NCBI GenBank assembly: GCA_040756235.1
Contig: JBFLZG010000081.1
Coordinates: 8,018-72,017, forward strand
DNA: 64,000 nt
Source of the DNA: a bacterium
GTDB lineage: Bacteria > Desulfobacterota > DSWW01
Direction: 5' to 3'
Shown here: piece by piece, positions 1 through 10,127 of the stretch
How positions within the stretch are numbered: the first letter of the stretch is position 1
Layout: each line of letters opens with the position of its first letter
The notes under the pieces: model-generated
The model's input: the letters and a program-made list of their open reading frames with translations, nothing else
Databases searched by the model: none
Told to the model about the DNA's origin: nothing
Translations under genes and position numbers: made by a program

Positions 1-132
1 CCCATCACGCTGTTGCGCCTCCGGCAATTCGGCGCAACGGCAGCAGGGTCTCCCCCCCCTCCGCTCATTGACTTTGCCCAGCCCCTCAGGCAAGGTAACT
101 TTCATTTTCCAGATTCCAAGGGAGACGCATCC

Positions 133-468
133 ATGCCATCACAAACCAAATCGGTCCGGGGAGCGCAGAAAGACCGCTACGAGAGCGCCATTGCCGCCCG
201 GGTTGCCCTTCTCAAGGAGAAAGGACTGGCGCCCGCAGCCATCCAGAAAGACGCCCGCCTCCGTCATCTCCGGGCAGGACTGCGTCAGACCATGACCCGG
301 CTCCAAGCCATAGCGGCCACGGAAAAACAAAATGAGGCCTTGGCTCTCAAGAAAAGGCAGGCCGAGCTCGGTGTGAAAGAGGAGAAGTCCGCCAAGCCCG
401 AGCCGCAGCCCAAGGCAGCGAAGAAAGAGAAAAAGGAAAAGAAGACCAAGCCGAAGGCGTCGGAATGA
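133..468 (+). CDS. small basic, Lys-rich hypothetical protein
   Basis: ATG at 133 after GGAG; helical N-part and KKEKKEKK tail. Confidence 0.6.
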   Translation: MPSQTKSVRGAQKDRYESAIAARVALLKEKGLAPAAIQKDARLRHLRAGLRQTMTRLQAIAATEKQNEALALKKRQAELGVKEEKSAKPEPQPKAAKKEKKEKKTKPKASE

Positions 469-675
469 TCTGAAGGCGAGAGGGTCCTCTGGAGGGATCG
501 GTCCGTACGCCTCCCCCCATTTTCGCGCACCGTGCGGCTTCCGGTGCGCGCATCTTTACGCGCTTCTCTGTCTCCCCGAGGGGTACCTCTGGCGGCGTTT
601 TCTTGGATGGACCCGGGTGGGGAGGCTGAAACCTGGTCCCCTCGAACCCGGCACCCGATCGGCACCTCGCCGCCC

Positions 676-1356
676 TCACTCCGGCCTTCCCCTCTTTGGC
701 GGCGAGACGCTCGCATACAGCCGGTCCAGTACTGCACGGGCGAGCCTTTCAGGCATTTGATCACGCCCCGGCGCTGCGACGCGGAGGACCAGCGGAGCCG
801 CTTTACCCATCCGATCCCTGACCTCAGCCAGCAGCTCCGTTCGAACCACCGCGATCACCGGCAGCGGGGCCTCCGAAAGCAGCAGCGGGAGCAGATTGGA
901 GAAGCCCTCTCCTCTCAGCTCGAGATGTCCGAGCTCGTCGGCAAGGACCACCTCGCTCTCCGCGACCGCTCTCTCCAGCGCCTCCCTTCCCATCCGCAAC
1001 GCTTCTCGGGAGAACCGGTAAGGCCCCACGCACGGGCCGTCCCAGGGTCTGTCCGTCCGCGCCAGGACCCACTCACGCCGCGGGTCTGCGAGGTCTCGCA
1101 CACGAAGCCCGGCGATCTTACCCTCCTGATCCACGATCTTCTCGGTCAGCACCCCTCCGCACCGCAGGCCCGCATCCTTCAGGATAGCCGCAGCCTTTTC
1201 GCACACCGTCGTCTTGCCTGCGCCCCTCTTGCCCGTGACGAGGATGCGAAGCGCCGGGCCAGACGTGATTCGCGGCCGGGCGGCTCGCAGGCCGGCGCCT
1301 GCCGGCGGCGGCCCCGACGCGGCAGGCGCGGCCTTGCGGGCCTGCACCTTGGGCAC
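676..1356 (-). CDS. nucleoside-triphosphatase (THEP1/NTPase_1, DUF2478-like)
   Basis: ILVTGKRGAGKTT Walker A, GGVLT, VLADELGHLE Walker B; start uncertain (GTG 1356). Confidence 0.75.
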   Translation of the reverse strand: MPKVQARKAAPAASGPPPAGAGLRAARPRITSGPALRILVTGKRGAGKTTVCEKAAAILKDAGLRCGGVLTEKIVDQEGKIAGLRVRDLADPRREWVLARTDRPWDGPCVGPYRFSREALRMGREALERAVAESEVVLADELGHLELRGEGFSNLLPLLLSEAPLPVIAVVRTELLAEVRDRMGKAAPLVLRVAAPGRDQMPERLARAVLDRLYASVSPPKRGRPE

Positions 1357-1388
1357 GCGCCGGCCCTGGTCGCGATCGCTTCGACCGG

Positions 1389-1793
1389 TCAGTCGAGAAG
1401 CTCCTTCCACTTCGCGCTCTTGCTCTTGATCCGGGCGACTTGACGGCTTTCGCGATTGAACTTGACAAGCGAGGACAGGATCAGGTGGCCTGCAACCAGG
1501 ACAAGGGCCGCACAGAGGACCAGCAGGGGGACCAGGTAGTGGAGATTGGCGAAGAAGTCGTAGAAGCGGGAAGTCGTGATGAGAACGGTGGCGACCGACA
1601 GGGGCAGGGTAAAGAGCGCGATCCCGGTCCTCAGGGCGGCCAGCGACGTGCGCTTTTCTGCCAGCAGGAGTTGGACCCGGCCAAAGTCCAGGGCCTCTTC
1701 TCTGTCCTCGGCCGCGCTCCCGTCAAGCTGCGCAGGCAGACGATCCGGCAGCGTCGCGTCGCTCAAATCTGCGGGTTCCGACCTCCCTTTCAT
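1389..1793 (-). CDS. DUF202-like inner membrane protein
   Basis: LAEKRTSLAALRTGIAL motif plus two hydrophobic helices. Confidence 0.7.
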   Translation of the reverse strand: MKGRSEPADLSDATLPDRLPAQLDGSAAEDREEALDFGRVQLLLAEKRTSLAALRTGIALFTLPLSVATVLITTSRFYDFFANLHYLVPLLVLCAALVLVAGHLILSSLVKFNRESRQVARIKSKSAKWKELLD

Positions 1794-1848
1794 GTTCGGC
1801 CTCTCTTCGCCCGCGGACCGGCCTTCTGTCCCTGCGGTATTCCTCGGC

Positions 1849-2817
1849 TCAGCCGAGGAACTCCAGAACGTAGCGCACGGCCAGACCCGTGATGCCTGCG
1901 CCGAGCAGCAGCTTCAGGGCGCGTGCCGGCACAAAGCGCTGCAGGCGCGCACCAACGTACATGCCCATGAAGCCGCCGCCGCCAAAGAGCAGACCCAGGC
2001 ACCAGTCCGGAGACACCGCGAGACCCGGTTCCGCAAAGGCCGGCGCGGCCAAGGCGAAAAACAGCACTCCCAGCAGCGAGGTGAGGCATGTGCCCAGGAG
2101 GGCCGCACCGGCAATCGTGTACACCGGCAGCCTATAGAGCGTGACCAGAAACGGCGCGATGATCGCGCCGCCGCCGATGCCGTACGTCCCGCCGATGATC
2201 CCAACGATCAGTGTAAGAGAAAACAAACCCGGCGTCGAGATGCGAAAGGTCTGTCCGAAGAAGCTGTACGCCACCTCGCGAAGATCGAGGCGCACGGTCT
2301 TCACCCGCGCCTCCCTCCTGGGCGGAACCCGGGGTGATGCGGCACCGCCCCCGCCCGCCCTTCCCTGCTCCCGGTGAAAATCGTCCTCCACCGATCGGGC
2401 CCGGTCCTGCCGACCTCGGGCCGGCCGCAGGTTCTCGCCCAGGAGCCTCCCCCCGATGTAGAGCAGAACGCATCCCACGAAGAGCTTGAAGTGACGGGGA
2501 TCCGGCAGCAGGCAGATCCGGAGAAGGGAACCGAGAAACACCCCGGGGAGGGTCCCGGCGATGATCACCCACGTAACCGGCCAGGCCATGCGTCCTTCCC
2601 GGACGTACCGGTACACCCCGCTCGGGATGGCAACGACATTGAACAGGTGGTTGGTGGGCGTGACCGCGGGGGAGACGAACCCGAGCACGCTCATCTGGAA
2701 GGGGAGCAGGATGAAGGCACCCGAGATGCCCCCCATGGACGTGAAGCAGGAGATGCCGAACGCAACCGCAGGCGGGACCCACCAGGCGATGTCGACGCCG
2801 GACACCGGGAAATGCAT
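1849..2817 (-). CDS. sulfite exporter TauE/SafE family permease
   Basis: SMGGISGAFILLP and GGTYGIGGGAIIAP duplicated motifs, multiple TM segments. Confidence 0.85.
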   Translation of the reverse strand: MHFPVSGVDIAWWVPPAVAFGISCFTSMGGISGAFILLPFQMSVLGFVSPAVTPTNHLFNVVAIPSGVYRYVREGRMAWPVTWVIIAGTLPGVFLGSLLRICLLPDPRHFKLFVGCVLLYIGGRLLGENLRPARGRQDRARSVEDDFHREQGRAGGGGAASPRVPPRREARVKTVRLDLREVAYSFFGQTFRISTPGLFSLTLIVGIIGGTYGIGGGAIIAPFLVTLYRLPVYTIAGAALLGTCLTSLLGVLFFALAAPAFAEPGLAVSPDWCLGLLFGGGGFMGMYVGARLQRFVPARALKLLLGAGITGLAVRYVLEFLG

Positions 2818-3043
2818 GAAATGGGGCTCCCGCCCGCCCTGCCGGGGGGGCTCGACGAACGGTCATCCTCCGCCCGCCCTGCGCTCATCCGTCGCCCCCT
2901 CGGCGGCCAGGGACCGCCGAGGCAGGGCGGCGGCTGCGGAATTATGCCAGACGCGCACCGCCGGAGGCAATGCGGGCACCTGACTGGCGCCTGTAACTTA
3001 CTGAAATGAGCGGACATCACAGGATTAAGGAGGAACCAGATCC

Positions 3044-3217
3044 ATGGAAAACAAGATGCCCCATACCGGTCACGAAGAGCACATGTGCTACCTGGTCAAC
3101 ATCCGGACCGACCTCTCTAAGCTCAAGGAGCTGGCAAGGGACGCCAAGTTCATCTGCAAGAATTGCGCGCGGGCAGCCAAAGAGAAGAAGAATCTCTGCA
3201 ATGCAGAGAGTCTGTGA
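3044..3217 (+). CDS. 57-aa His/Cys-rich putative metal-binding protein (absent from ORF track)
   Basis: AAGGAGG RBS at 3027-3033; MENKMPHTGHEEHMCYL...FICKNCARAAKEKKNLCNAESL. Confidence 0.75.
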   Translation: MENKMPHTGHEEHMCYLVNIRTDLSKLKELARDAKFICKNCARAAKEKKNLCNAESL

Positions 3218-3333
3218 GGCCCATCCGACGCCGGGGGTAAGCCGTCGGGCCGGTCCCCTTGAGATGGGAAAGGCGGCCCTGGGCCGCCTCTCCTCGTCTT
3301 TCCTTTCCACCGGGCGCCCTGAACGCGGCTCCC

Positions 3334-4995
3334 TCAGCATCCCGGGTCGTTGGCGCAGTCGTCCGCGCAGTTCAGCTGGCCATCCCCGTCCTCGTCATAG
3401 TAGCACCACGGCTCGCAAAGGTTGGTTGCGTCCGCGGGGCAGTGGTCCTGGCAGTTGGTCCTTCCATCCCCATCCCCGTCTTCCGCGCACCAGCACGCGT
3501 CGGCGGGATCGTCCGGGCACAGGTCCTGGCAGTTCAGGGTTTCGTCGCCGTCCAGATCACCCGCACAGAAGCAGTTGTTGGCGCTGTTCGCCAGGCAGGG
3601 GTCTTCGCAATTGAGGATCCCGTCCCCGTCCTCGTCGCCGCCGCACCAGGTGCCGCAGGCAGGATTGGGATCGTCCGGGCAGGGATCCGAACAGTTCAGC
3701 ATCCCGTCGGCGTCGTTGTCCCCTGCGCACCAGTCGTTCCCGCAGCCCGGGTCGGGATCGTTGGAGCAAGGATCGCTGCAATTGGAGATGCCGTCCCAAT
3801 CATCGTCCTCGTCGCACCAGTCGCTCCCGTCGTCCATGACCCCCATCATGAGCAGCAACCCGAGCAGAGTCGGCTCCTCCTGCTCGGAAGCCAGCACCGG
3901 AGGAATGGCGGTCTCATCCATAAAGGTTTCGAAGCCGAGGAAGGTCTGAGGCGTAGTGCCTGCCGGGAAGCTGATGCTCAGGCTCATCCTGCCCTCACCG
4001 GAGGCCGGGTCCACGATCCTCTCGCCGTTCACGCTGAGGTATCCTTCGGTGATCCCCGGCATGCCTTCCGAGGGGACCACGCTGCAATAGACCTCCACGG
4101 CCTCGGCCCCGATCGTGTTGCTGCCCCTGAATTCGACGCCATCCTCTCCCATGCCGAAGTACACCGTCGTGGTTACGTCGCCGTAAGGGCCGGGCGCTGT
4201 CACATCATAGTCACCCGGAGGGGGGCCGCCTTCGAAGTCCGCCGGCATGCACCGGTAGTCCGCTCCATGAAATCCCACGGTTGCCGGCGGCAGCCCCGAC
4301 AGACCTCCGGATACCTCTGCACTGAAGGCCACTTTCGGTCCCGAGCCGGCAGGGCATTCGAGGGCGTTCCACTCGAGGCCGGTTCCGCTGCCGTAGGAAA
4401 CGATCTGCGTCCCGCCTATGCGCCAGTCGAATACTACGTGCGTCGCCTCCCCGAACACCCGTTTCACGAGCTCCGGGGCCGCCGTGAACTCCGTCGTCAG
4501 ATCGTAAATCGTGCCGACGCCAAGGGGAGGGCCGTCTCTCAGCGGGCCCACGATCTGCGCGTGGGTGCGAACGGCCTTGTTCGCCGGGTCGGAGGCGGCC
4601 GCACGCGAGACCGCTACGGTCGCCACCTGGTAATGGGTGATGTCCTTGCTCATGATTCCCAGAACGAAGCTCTCGCCCGGGATGCACTCCGCGACCTGAA
4701 TCGAGGGGTCGGGCCAACTGTCGAGCTCTTCACCCAGAAAATCGGCTGTCGTGCACGAGTCCAAGTAGGCGTGGAGGAATTCCAGATCTTCCGCATCGAA
4801 GAATCCGAGCTCCGGTTCCTGGTACTCGTTGGCAGCCTCGTTGACAAAAGCCGCGGCGATCAGGGCCCGGTCCAGTCCCGCAACCGCGTGCGTGACCCCC
4901 GGTTTGGGCAGCGGTCCGGGAGCACAGCCCTGAGCCCCAAGCGCCGCTTGCAGGACCACGATCGCCCAAAGTGTGCGTCTGCGGATGGCCTTCAT
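3334..4995 (-). CDS. exported lipoprotein with C-terminal thrombospondin type-3-like Ca-binding repeats
   Basis: signal peptide ending GAQG-C; repeated DxDxDGxxNCxDxC units; AGGAG RBS. Confidence 0.7.
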   Translation of the reverse strand: MKAIRRRTLWAIVVLQAALGAQGCAPGPLPKPGVTHAVAGLDRALIAAAFVNEAANEYQEPELGFFDAEDLEFLHAYLDSCTTADFLGEELDSWPDPSIQVAECIPGESFVLGIMSKDITHYQVATVAVSRAAASDPANKAVRTHAQIVGPLRDGPPLGVGTIYDLTTEFTAAPELVKRVFGEATHVVFDWRIGGTQIVSYGSGTGLEWNALECPAGSGPKVAFSAEVSGGLSGLPPATVGFHGADYRCMPADFEGGPPPGDYDVTAPGPYGDVTTTVYFGMGEDGVEFRGSNTIGAEAVEVYCSVVPSEGMPGITEGYLSVNGERIVDPASGEGRMSLSISFPAGTTPQTFLGFETFMDETAIPPVLASEQEEPTLLGLLLMMGVMDDGSDWCDEDDDWDGISNCSDPCSNDPDPGCGNDWCAGDNDADGMLNCSDPCPDDPNPACGTWCGGDEDGDGILNCEDPCLANSANNCFCAGDLDGDETLNCQDLCPDDPADACWCAEDGDGDGRTNCQDHCPADATNLCEPWCYYDEDGDGQLNCADDCANDPGC

Positions 4996-5065
4996 GATTC
5001 TCACTCCTGATTTCCCGGGTTGCTCGGAGACTGCCACGGATCTTCACGTTTTGTATCCCATAACC

Positions 5066-5081
5066 AGCAATGCGCGTGCCA
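5066..5081 (-). promoter_or_regulatory. sigma54 (-24/-12) promoter of the TSP3-repeat lipoprotein
   Basis: minus strand TGGCAC-GCGCA-TTGCT matches TGGCAC-N5-TTGCW, ~70 nt upstream of the ATG. Confidence 0.75.
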
Positions 5082-5328
5082 GAAAAGCAGCCGCGAACGT
5101 CTGGACCGCCTAAGTCCTTGCGACAACAGGGCTTTTCTACATATCTCGAGCCGATTCCATGAGAAAAACCGGTTCCGCGAGGCTGTCTCGAGGCGCGTTT
5201 CCGCTCAAATCGGCAGGAATGTCACGATCAAATTGAGAGAATTCTCATTCGAAGAAGCGCTGGGAGGAAGCTGCCGCGACCCTGCACGACCATCGAGAGC
5301 GGGCGTTTTCACTTGCCCGCAGAGGGTC

Positions 5329-5871
5329 TCAGCCGAGTGACTTCAGGACCTCCCTCAGAGGGGTCCCGTTCCGATCCTTGGGAGAAAGGATCGGGTCCTG
5401 CACCGGCCACAGGATCCCGATATCGGGGTCGTTCCAGAGGATGGTGAGCTCGTCTCCGGGTGCGTAGAAGTCCGTGCACTTGTATTCGACCTGCGCTCGA
5501 TCGCTGACCACGCAGAACCCGTGCGCGAATCCCGGGGGGATGTACAGGAGCCGGAAGTTGTCGGCCGACAACGTCGTCCCGACCCAGCGGCCCGCGGTTG
5601 CCGACCCGTGACGGATGTCGACCGCCACGTCGAAGACCTCTCCCTCCACTACGCGTATGAGCTTCCCCTGGGGATGCGTTCGCTGGGCGTGCAGCCCGCG
5701 GACCGTCCCGCGAACGGACCTGGAGTGGTTGTCTTGTACGAAGGTCGCGCCGATGCCGCCCTCCCCGAATTTCGCAGCATGGTAGCTTTCCAGAAAAAAA
5801 CCTCGGGCGTCCCGGTAGACCACCGGTTCGACGATCACGACTCCCTCGAGCTCAGTGGGAATGAACTTCAT
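5329..5871 (-). CDS. rmlC: dTDP-4-dehydrorhamnose 3,5-epimerase
   Basis: [40 protein letters not shown] motifs. Confidence 0.95.
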   Translation of the reverse strand: MKFIPTELEGVVIVEPVVYRDARGFFLESYHAAKFGEGGIGATFVQDNHSRSVRGTVRGLHAQRTHPQGKLIRVVEGEVFDVAVDIRHGSATAGRWVGTTLSADNFRLLYIPPGFAHGFCVVSDRAQVEYKCTDFYAPGDELTILWNDPDIGILWPVQDPILSPKDRNGTPLREVLKSLG

Positions 5872-6012
5872 CCACGACTCTCCGAGCTGTTGCGCGACCC
5901 TGCGGCCGGCTCTTGGTCAAGAGGGTTTCTTTCGAAACAGGCTGGGGTTGCAGGCCGCTCGGACGGAGCGCGTGGGTGAGCTCCGAACCGTGCACGAGAG
6001 ACCACACAGGTC

Positions 6013-7656
6013 TCAGATCGCCATCTCTCGCGTGTTGGCCTCGTCCTCGAGACCTTTCGGGTCCAGGAGCACGTTCACGATGGCCGGTTTACCGGAGGCA
6101 AAGGCGCGGCGCACCGCCGCCTGGATGTCCCCGGGATTCTCCACGAGCTCGCCGTAGCCCCCCATTGCCTCGGCGAGCCTGTCGTAACGGGTCGTGTAGC
6201 TCAAGTCGGTCCCGGTGCTGCGGCTCCCTCCGAAGAACACGACCTGGGGCGTCCGGATCTGACCCCACCCGGCATCGTTTCCGATGACGGCAACCGCCGG
6301 AAGCCGGAATCGGACCAGCGTATCGAAATCCATGGCGGTAATCCCGAAGGCCCCGTCTCCGTTGAGGATGAGGATCTTCTTGTCCGGACGGGCCGCCTTG
6401 GCTGCGATCGCGAAAGGGATCCCCACACCCAGACACCCCATCGGCCCCGGGTCCATCCAGTGCCCGTGCCGGTGGACCTTCAGCAGACGGCCGGCCACCA
6501 CGACGATGTCGCCCCCGTCACCGATCACGATCGTATCTTCATCGATCACGCCGGCGAGCTCCCGGACCAGCCGGTAGTGGTTCACCGGGGCCTCGTCACT
6601 GCCGCACTTGGCCTCGATCTTTGCGACCAGCCTGCTTTCCTCGCTGCGCAGGAGCTCCACCCATGGCAGCTCGGGCCTGGCCCCGATCTCCGCGCCCAGG
6701 GCTTCCAAGACAGCCCCCACGTCTCCGATGATGCCCACCTCGGCGGCCCGATTGTGCCCGATCCAGGAGCCGTCGATGTCCACCTGGACGAGCTTCGCCG
6801 CTGGGTCGATCCCTCTGCCGAACCCCAGGCGGAAATCCAGCGGGACGCCGAGGCTCAGGACGACGTCGGCTCTCTTCAGGGCGACGCGGCGGCACCTGGA
6901 GAAATGCAGCGGGTGGTCCGGCGGAAGGGCGCCCCGGCCCATGGCGTTCAGGAATACCGGGAAATGCGTCGCATCGGCAAATCGCTCCAGGCCGGCCGCG
7001 GCCCGGGACCACCAGAGCGGGCTGCCTCCCAACACCACCGGCCGCTCGGCTCCCCGGAGCAGCTCGGCCGCCCGCCGTACGTAGCGCGGCTCTCCCCATG
7101 GCCGGCTCTCGGTCCTGTACCCCTCCGGCCAGGCAACGCTCTTTTCCTCTGCGGTCTGCAACAGCAGGTCGATCGGTATTTCCAGAAACACGGGGCCGGG
7201 ACGGCCGTCCAGCGCGTGCCGGAAGGCCATGGCCACATACTCCGGGATGCGGTCCACCGCCGGCACGCACCGCGCCCACTTGGTAATCGGCCGCACGACT
7301 TCGAGCTGGTTCATCTCCTGCAGGGAGCCTTTCTCGAAGGCGCTCATCGGGCTTCTGCCCGCCAGGACGATCATCGGGACCTCGGCCCGCTGGGCGTTGG
7401 CGATCGCCGTTACCGAGTTCGTGACCCCCGGCCCGGCCGTGACCAGGGCCACTCCGGGCCGGCCCGTCACCCGCGCCCACCCGTCCGCCGCGAACGCGGC
7501 GCTCTGCTCGTGCCGCACGTCGATCAGGCGGATCCCTTCGTCTTCGCATCCGAGGTAGATCGGCGCCACGTGGCCGCCGCAGAGCAGAAAGACGCACTCC
7601 ACCCCTTCCTTTTTCAGCGCCTTTGCCACGAGCCTGCCGGCCATCATCTCGGCCAT
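6013..7656 (-). CDS. TPP-dependent enzyme, IlvG/ILVBL (2-hydroxyacyl-CoA lyase-like) group
   Basis: DVRHEQ, TAGPG, GDGAFG...N TPP motif; GGHVAPI and WMDPGPMGCLGVG resemble ILVBL/IlvG. Confidence 0.8.
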   Translation of the reverse strand: MAEMMAGRLVAKALKKEGVECVFLLCGGHVAPIYLGCEDEGIRLIDVRHEQSAAFAADGWARVTGRPGVALVTAGPGVTNSVTAIANAQRAEVPMIVLAGRSPMSAFEKGSLQEMNQLEVVRPITKWARCVPAVDRIPEYVAMAFRHALDGRPGPVFLEIPIDLLLQTAEEKSVAWPEGYRTESRPWGEPRYVRRAAELLRGAERPVVLGGSPLWWSRAAAGLERFADATHFPVFLNAMGRGALPPDHPLHFSRCRRVALKRADVVLSLGVPLDFRLGFGRGIDPAAKLVQVDIDGSWIGHNRAAEVGIIGDVGAVLEALGAEIGARPELPWVELLRSEESRLVAKIEAKCGSDEAPVNHYRLVRELAGVIDEDTIVIGDGGDIVVVAGRLLKVHRHGHWMDPGPMGCLGVGIPFAIAAKAARPDKKILILNGDGAFGITAMDFDTLVRFRLPAVAVIGNDAGWGQIRTPQVVFFGGSRSTGTDLSYTTRYDRLAEAMGGYGELVENPGDIQAAVRRAFASGKPAIVNVLLDPKGLEDEANTREMAI

Positions 7657-7999
7657 TCTCTCACCTCCGGGGATTCGTTCCGGTCACAACCCGCTTCGCT
7701 TCACGAGCATGAAAGAGTCGCACCCGGCGTTGCGCCCATCTTGCCATGCCCCGCCGGATCCAGGCAACCCGCACCTCCTCCAATACCGCCTCCGCAGCCT
7801 GGTCTTGCTACAGAATAGATGAACGGCCTACCCACGCCGGTTCGGCCCTGCGGGCCGCCGCGCGGGACGCCCTCTTCCGGCGCAGGCAGCGCGTCCGCAT
7901 GCGGCGCCCCGGTAGCCTCCGCGTTGAAAGCGCGCTTTCCCTGTGATATGGAAGCTCGTGTGCCGGGCGTTGCCTGCCGACCCAAGAGGGAGGACCGAT

Positions 8000-9085
8000 A
8001 TGCTCACCCGAGGCGACGACTACCCCATCCACCAGAGAGCCGAGCCGATCGCCACTGCAGGCGGTGACCTCAACTTCTACGACCGTTACTTCTTCAACGG
8101 ATACGCGCGCGAGGGGCGGGCCTTCTTCGCCGTCGCCCTGGGCGTGTACCCCCATCGCAACGTGGTCGACGCCTCCTTCTGCGTCATCCACGAAGGCGTC
8201 CAGCACAACCTCAGGGCTTCCAGACATCTGGGCGCAGAGCGCATGGACACCCGCGCGGGTCCTGTCTCGATCGAAGTCCTCGAACCGCTCAGATCTCTGA
8301 GGGTTGCTGTCGGCGACAACCCTCACGGCATACGGGCCGAAGTCGTGTTCACGGCCAGAGCACCCGCGCTCGAGGAGCCCCGCTTCCGCCGCGAGCTCGG
8401 CCGCAACGCCGTCATGGACTACACGCGCCTCACCCAGAACGGCTGCTACCACGGATTCATCTCGGTAGGCCGAAGCCGCATCGACATCACCCCGGACTGG
8501 GTCGGCACCCGCGACCGCTCGTGGGGCGTTCGCCCCCTCGGCTCCCTGCAGAACCTTTCCGAGCCGGGCACGATCCCGCAGTTCTACTGGCTCTGGGCGC
8601 CCGTCAACTTCGACGATTGCGTCACCCTTTACGACCTCAACGACGATGCCGGCGGGACTGCCTGGCACACCCACGGCGTCATGGTCCGGCTCCCGGACGG
8701 CGAGCCGGAGGCCATGCGCGCCGTCTCCAGCCGGGTGCAATACCGGTCCGGCACGCGTCATGCCCGCTCCGCCGAGATCTTCTTCGTCCGGCCGAGCGGC
8801 CGGGAGCTCCGCCTGCTCTTCGAGCCCCTCTACCATTTCTACATGTCCGGCCTCGGCTACACCCACCCCGAGTGGGGCCACGGAGTCGACCGGGGAGAGA
8901 TGGTCGTCGGCTATGATACGATCGACCTGGCCACCGTGGACGAGAGCATTCCGCTCTACCTGCACATCCAGGCGGTGAGCCGCGTGGAGATGAACGGCCG
9001 CCGTGGCATGGGGGTCCTCGAGCAGCTCGTCCTCGGGCCGCACGCGCCGTCGGGCTTCAACGGCCTGCTGGACCCCGCCCCGTAA
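8000..9085 (+). CDS. conserved hypothetical beta-rich protein
   Basis: GGGAGG RBS; DDYPIHQ, NFYDRYFF and RDRSWGVR motifs of a widespread uncharacterised family. Confidence 0.7.
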   Translation: MLTRGDDYPIHQRAEPIATAGGDLNFYDRYFFNGYAREGRAFFAVALGVYPHRNVVDASFCVIHEGVQHNLRASRHLGAERMDTRAGPVSIEVLEPLRSLRVAVGDNPHGIRAEVVFTARAPALEEPRFRRELGRNAVMDYTRLTQNGCYHGFISVGRSRIDITPDWVGTRDRSWGVRPLGSLQNLSEPGTIPQFYWLWAPVNFDDCVTLYDLNDDAGGTAWHTHGVMVRLPDGEPEAMRAVSSRVQYRSGTRHARSAEIFFVRPSGRELRLLFEPLYHFYMSGLGYTHPEWGHGVDRGEMVVGYDTIDLATVDESIPLYLHIQAVSRVEMNGRRGMGVLEQLVLGPHAPSGFNGLLDPAP

Positions 9086-9180
9086 CAGGCTGTGGAAGAC
9101 CCCATCTGCGAGGTACCCTCAGGGGAGAAAAATTTCTCGCCCCAACAAGGCTCGCCAAGCAGGGTCGAGCCCCCTTCCCA

Positions 9181-10107
9181 TCAACCCTGGCTCGAGAAGC
9201 GATCGCCTGCGCGGATTCCCATGCGCGCCGCCAGCTCCGCCGCCTTCTCCTTGCCCCCTATCTCCACCTTGGCTTTGCCGACTGCCAGCTGCCCGCCGGC
9301 CAGGGCGACGCGCAAGCCCTGTTCATCGATTCCCAGGACCGTGCCCGGCGCGTCGTCGACAGCGACCGGAACCAGCCCGGGCGCGTAAAACCTCACCTTT
9401 TGCCCGCCGATGAAGCTGAAGGCGCCGGGCTGGGGGTCGCAGCCGCGGACCAGGTTATAGACCTCTCCGGCAGGCTTTCCCCAGTCGATTGCGGCCACCC
9501 GATCGTTGCAGAGCGGCTCGTAGGTGGCGAGCGCCTCGTCCTGAGGGATCCTGGGAGCGCGGCCCGCCTCGATCAGCCCGACCGCTTCCAGGATGGCCTC
9601 GACGCCGATCGGAAAGAGGCGGTTGAAGTACAAGCTGCCGGTGGTATCGTCGGCAGCGATCGCCGCCTCTTTTTGGAGCAGGATCGGACCGGTGTCGATC
9701 CCTTCGTCCGGCCAGAAGATGCTGATCCCGGTCTTCTCGTCTCCCATGATCACGGCCCAGTTGACCGCGCTGCCCCCCCGGTGGCGCGGCAACAGGGAAG
9801 GATGGAAATTGATCGTCCCCTGGAGCGGGACGCCGAAATAGCGCGCCGGGATGATGTCGGTGACGAAGGCCATGACGGTCAGGTCCGGGCGCAACGACCG
9901 GTACTCGGAGAAGACCTGCTCGTCCCTGTACGTACCGGGTTGAACGACCTTCACCCCGCCCGATACGGACGCCTCCTTGAGCGGGTCCGGCCGCTGGCCG
10001 GGCTGGTCCGGGATGGTGTAGGCCGCCACCATCTCGTGATTTCTTTTTGCCAAGGCTTCCAAGACCTTCGCACCGAAAGCGGCCTGACCGATGAGCACGA
10101 TTCGCAT
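9181..10107 (-). CDS. formyltransferase (Fmt/10-formyl-THF dehydrogenase N-terminal-like)
   Basis: NFHPSLLPRHRG, DEGIDTGPI; N-terminus MRIVLIGQAAFG is not the canonical Fmt MGT. Confidence 0.85.
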   Translation of the reverse strand: MRIVLIGQAAFGAKVLEALAKRNHEMVAAYTIPDQPGQRPDPLKEASVSGGVKVVQPGTYRDEQVFSEYRSLRPDLTVMAFVTDIIPARYFGVPLQGTINFHPSLLPRHRGGSAVNWAVIMGDEKTGISIFWPDEGIDTGPILLQKEAAIAADDTTGSLYFNRLFPIGVEAILEAVGLIEAGRAPRIPQDEALATYEPLCNDRVAAIDWGKPAGEVYNLVRGCDPQPGAFSFIGGQKVRFYAPGLVPVAVDDAPGTVLGIDEQGLRVALAGGQLAVGKAKVEIGGKEKAAELAARMGIRAGDRFSSQG

Positions 10108-10127
10108 GGCTTCTCTCCCTTGTCAGG

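Noticed and set aside
9181..10107. Housekeeping fmt
   Set aside because: The N-terminus is atypical and there is no def/rsmB context, so no symbol was assigned.
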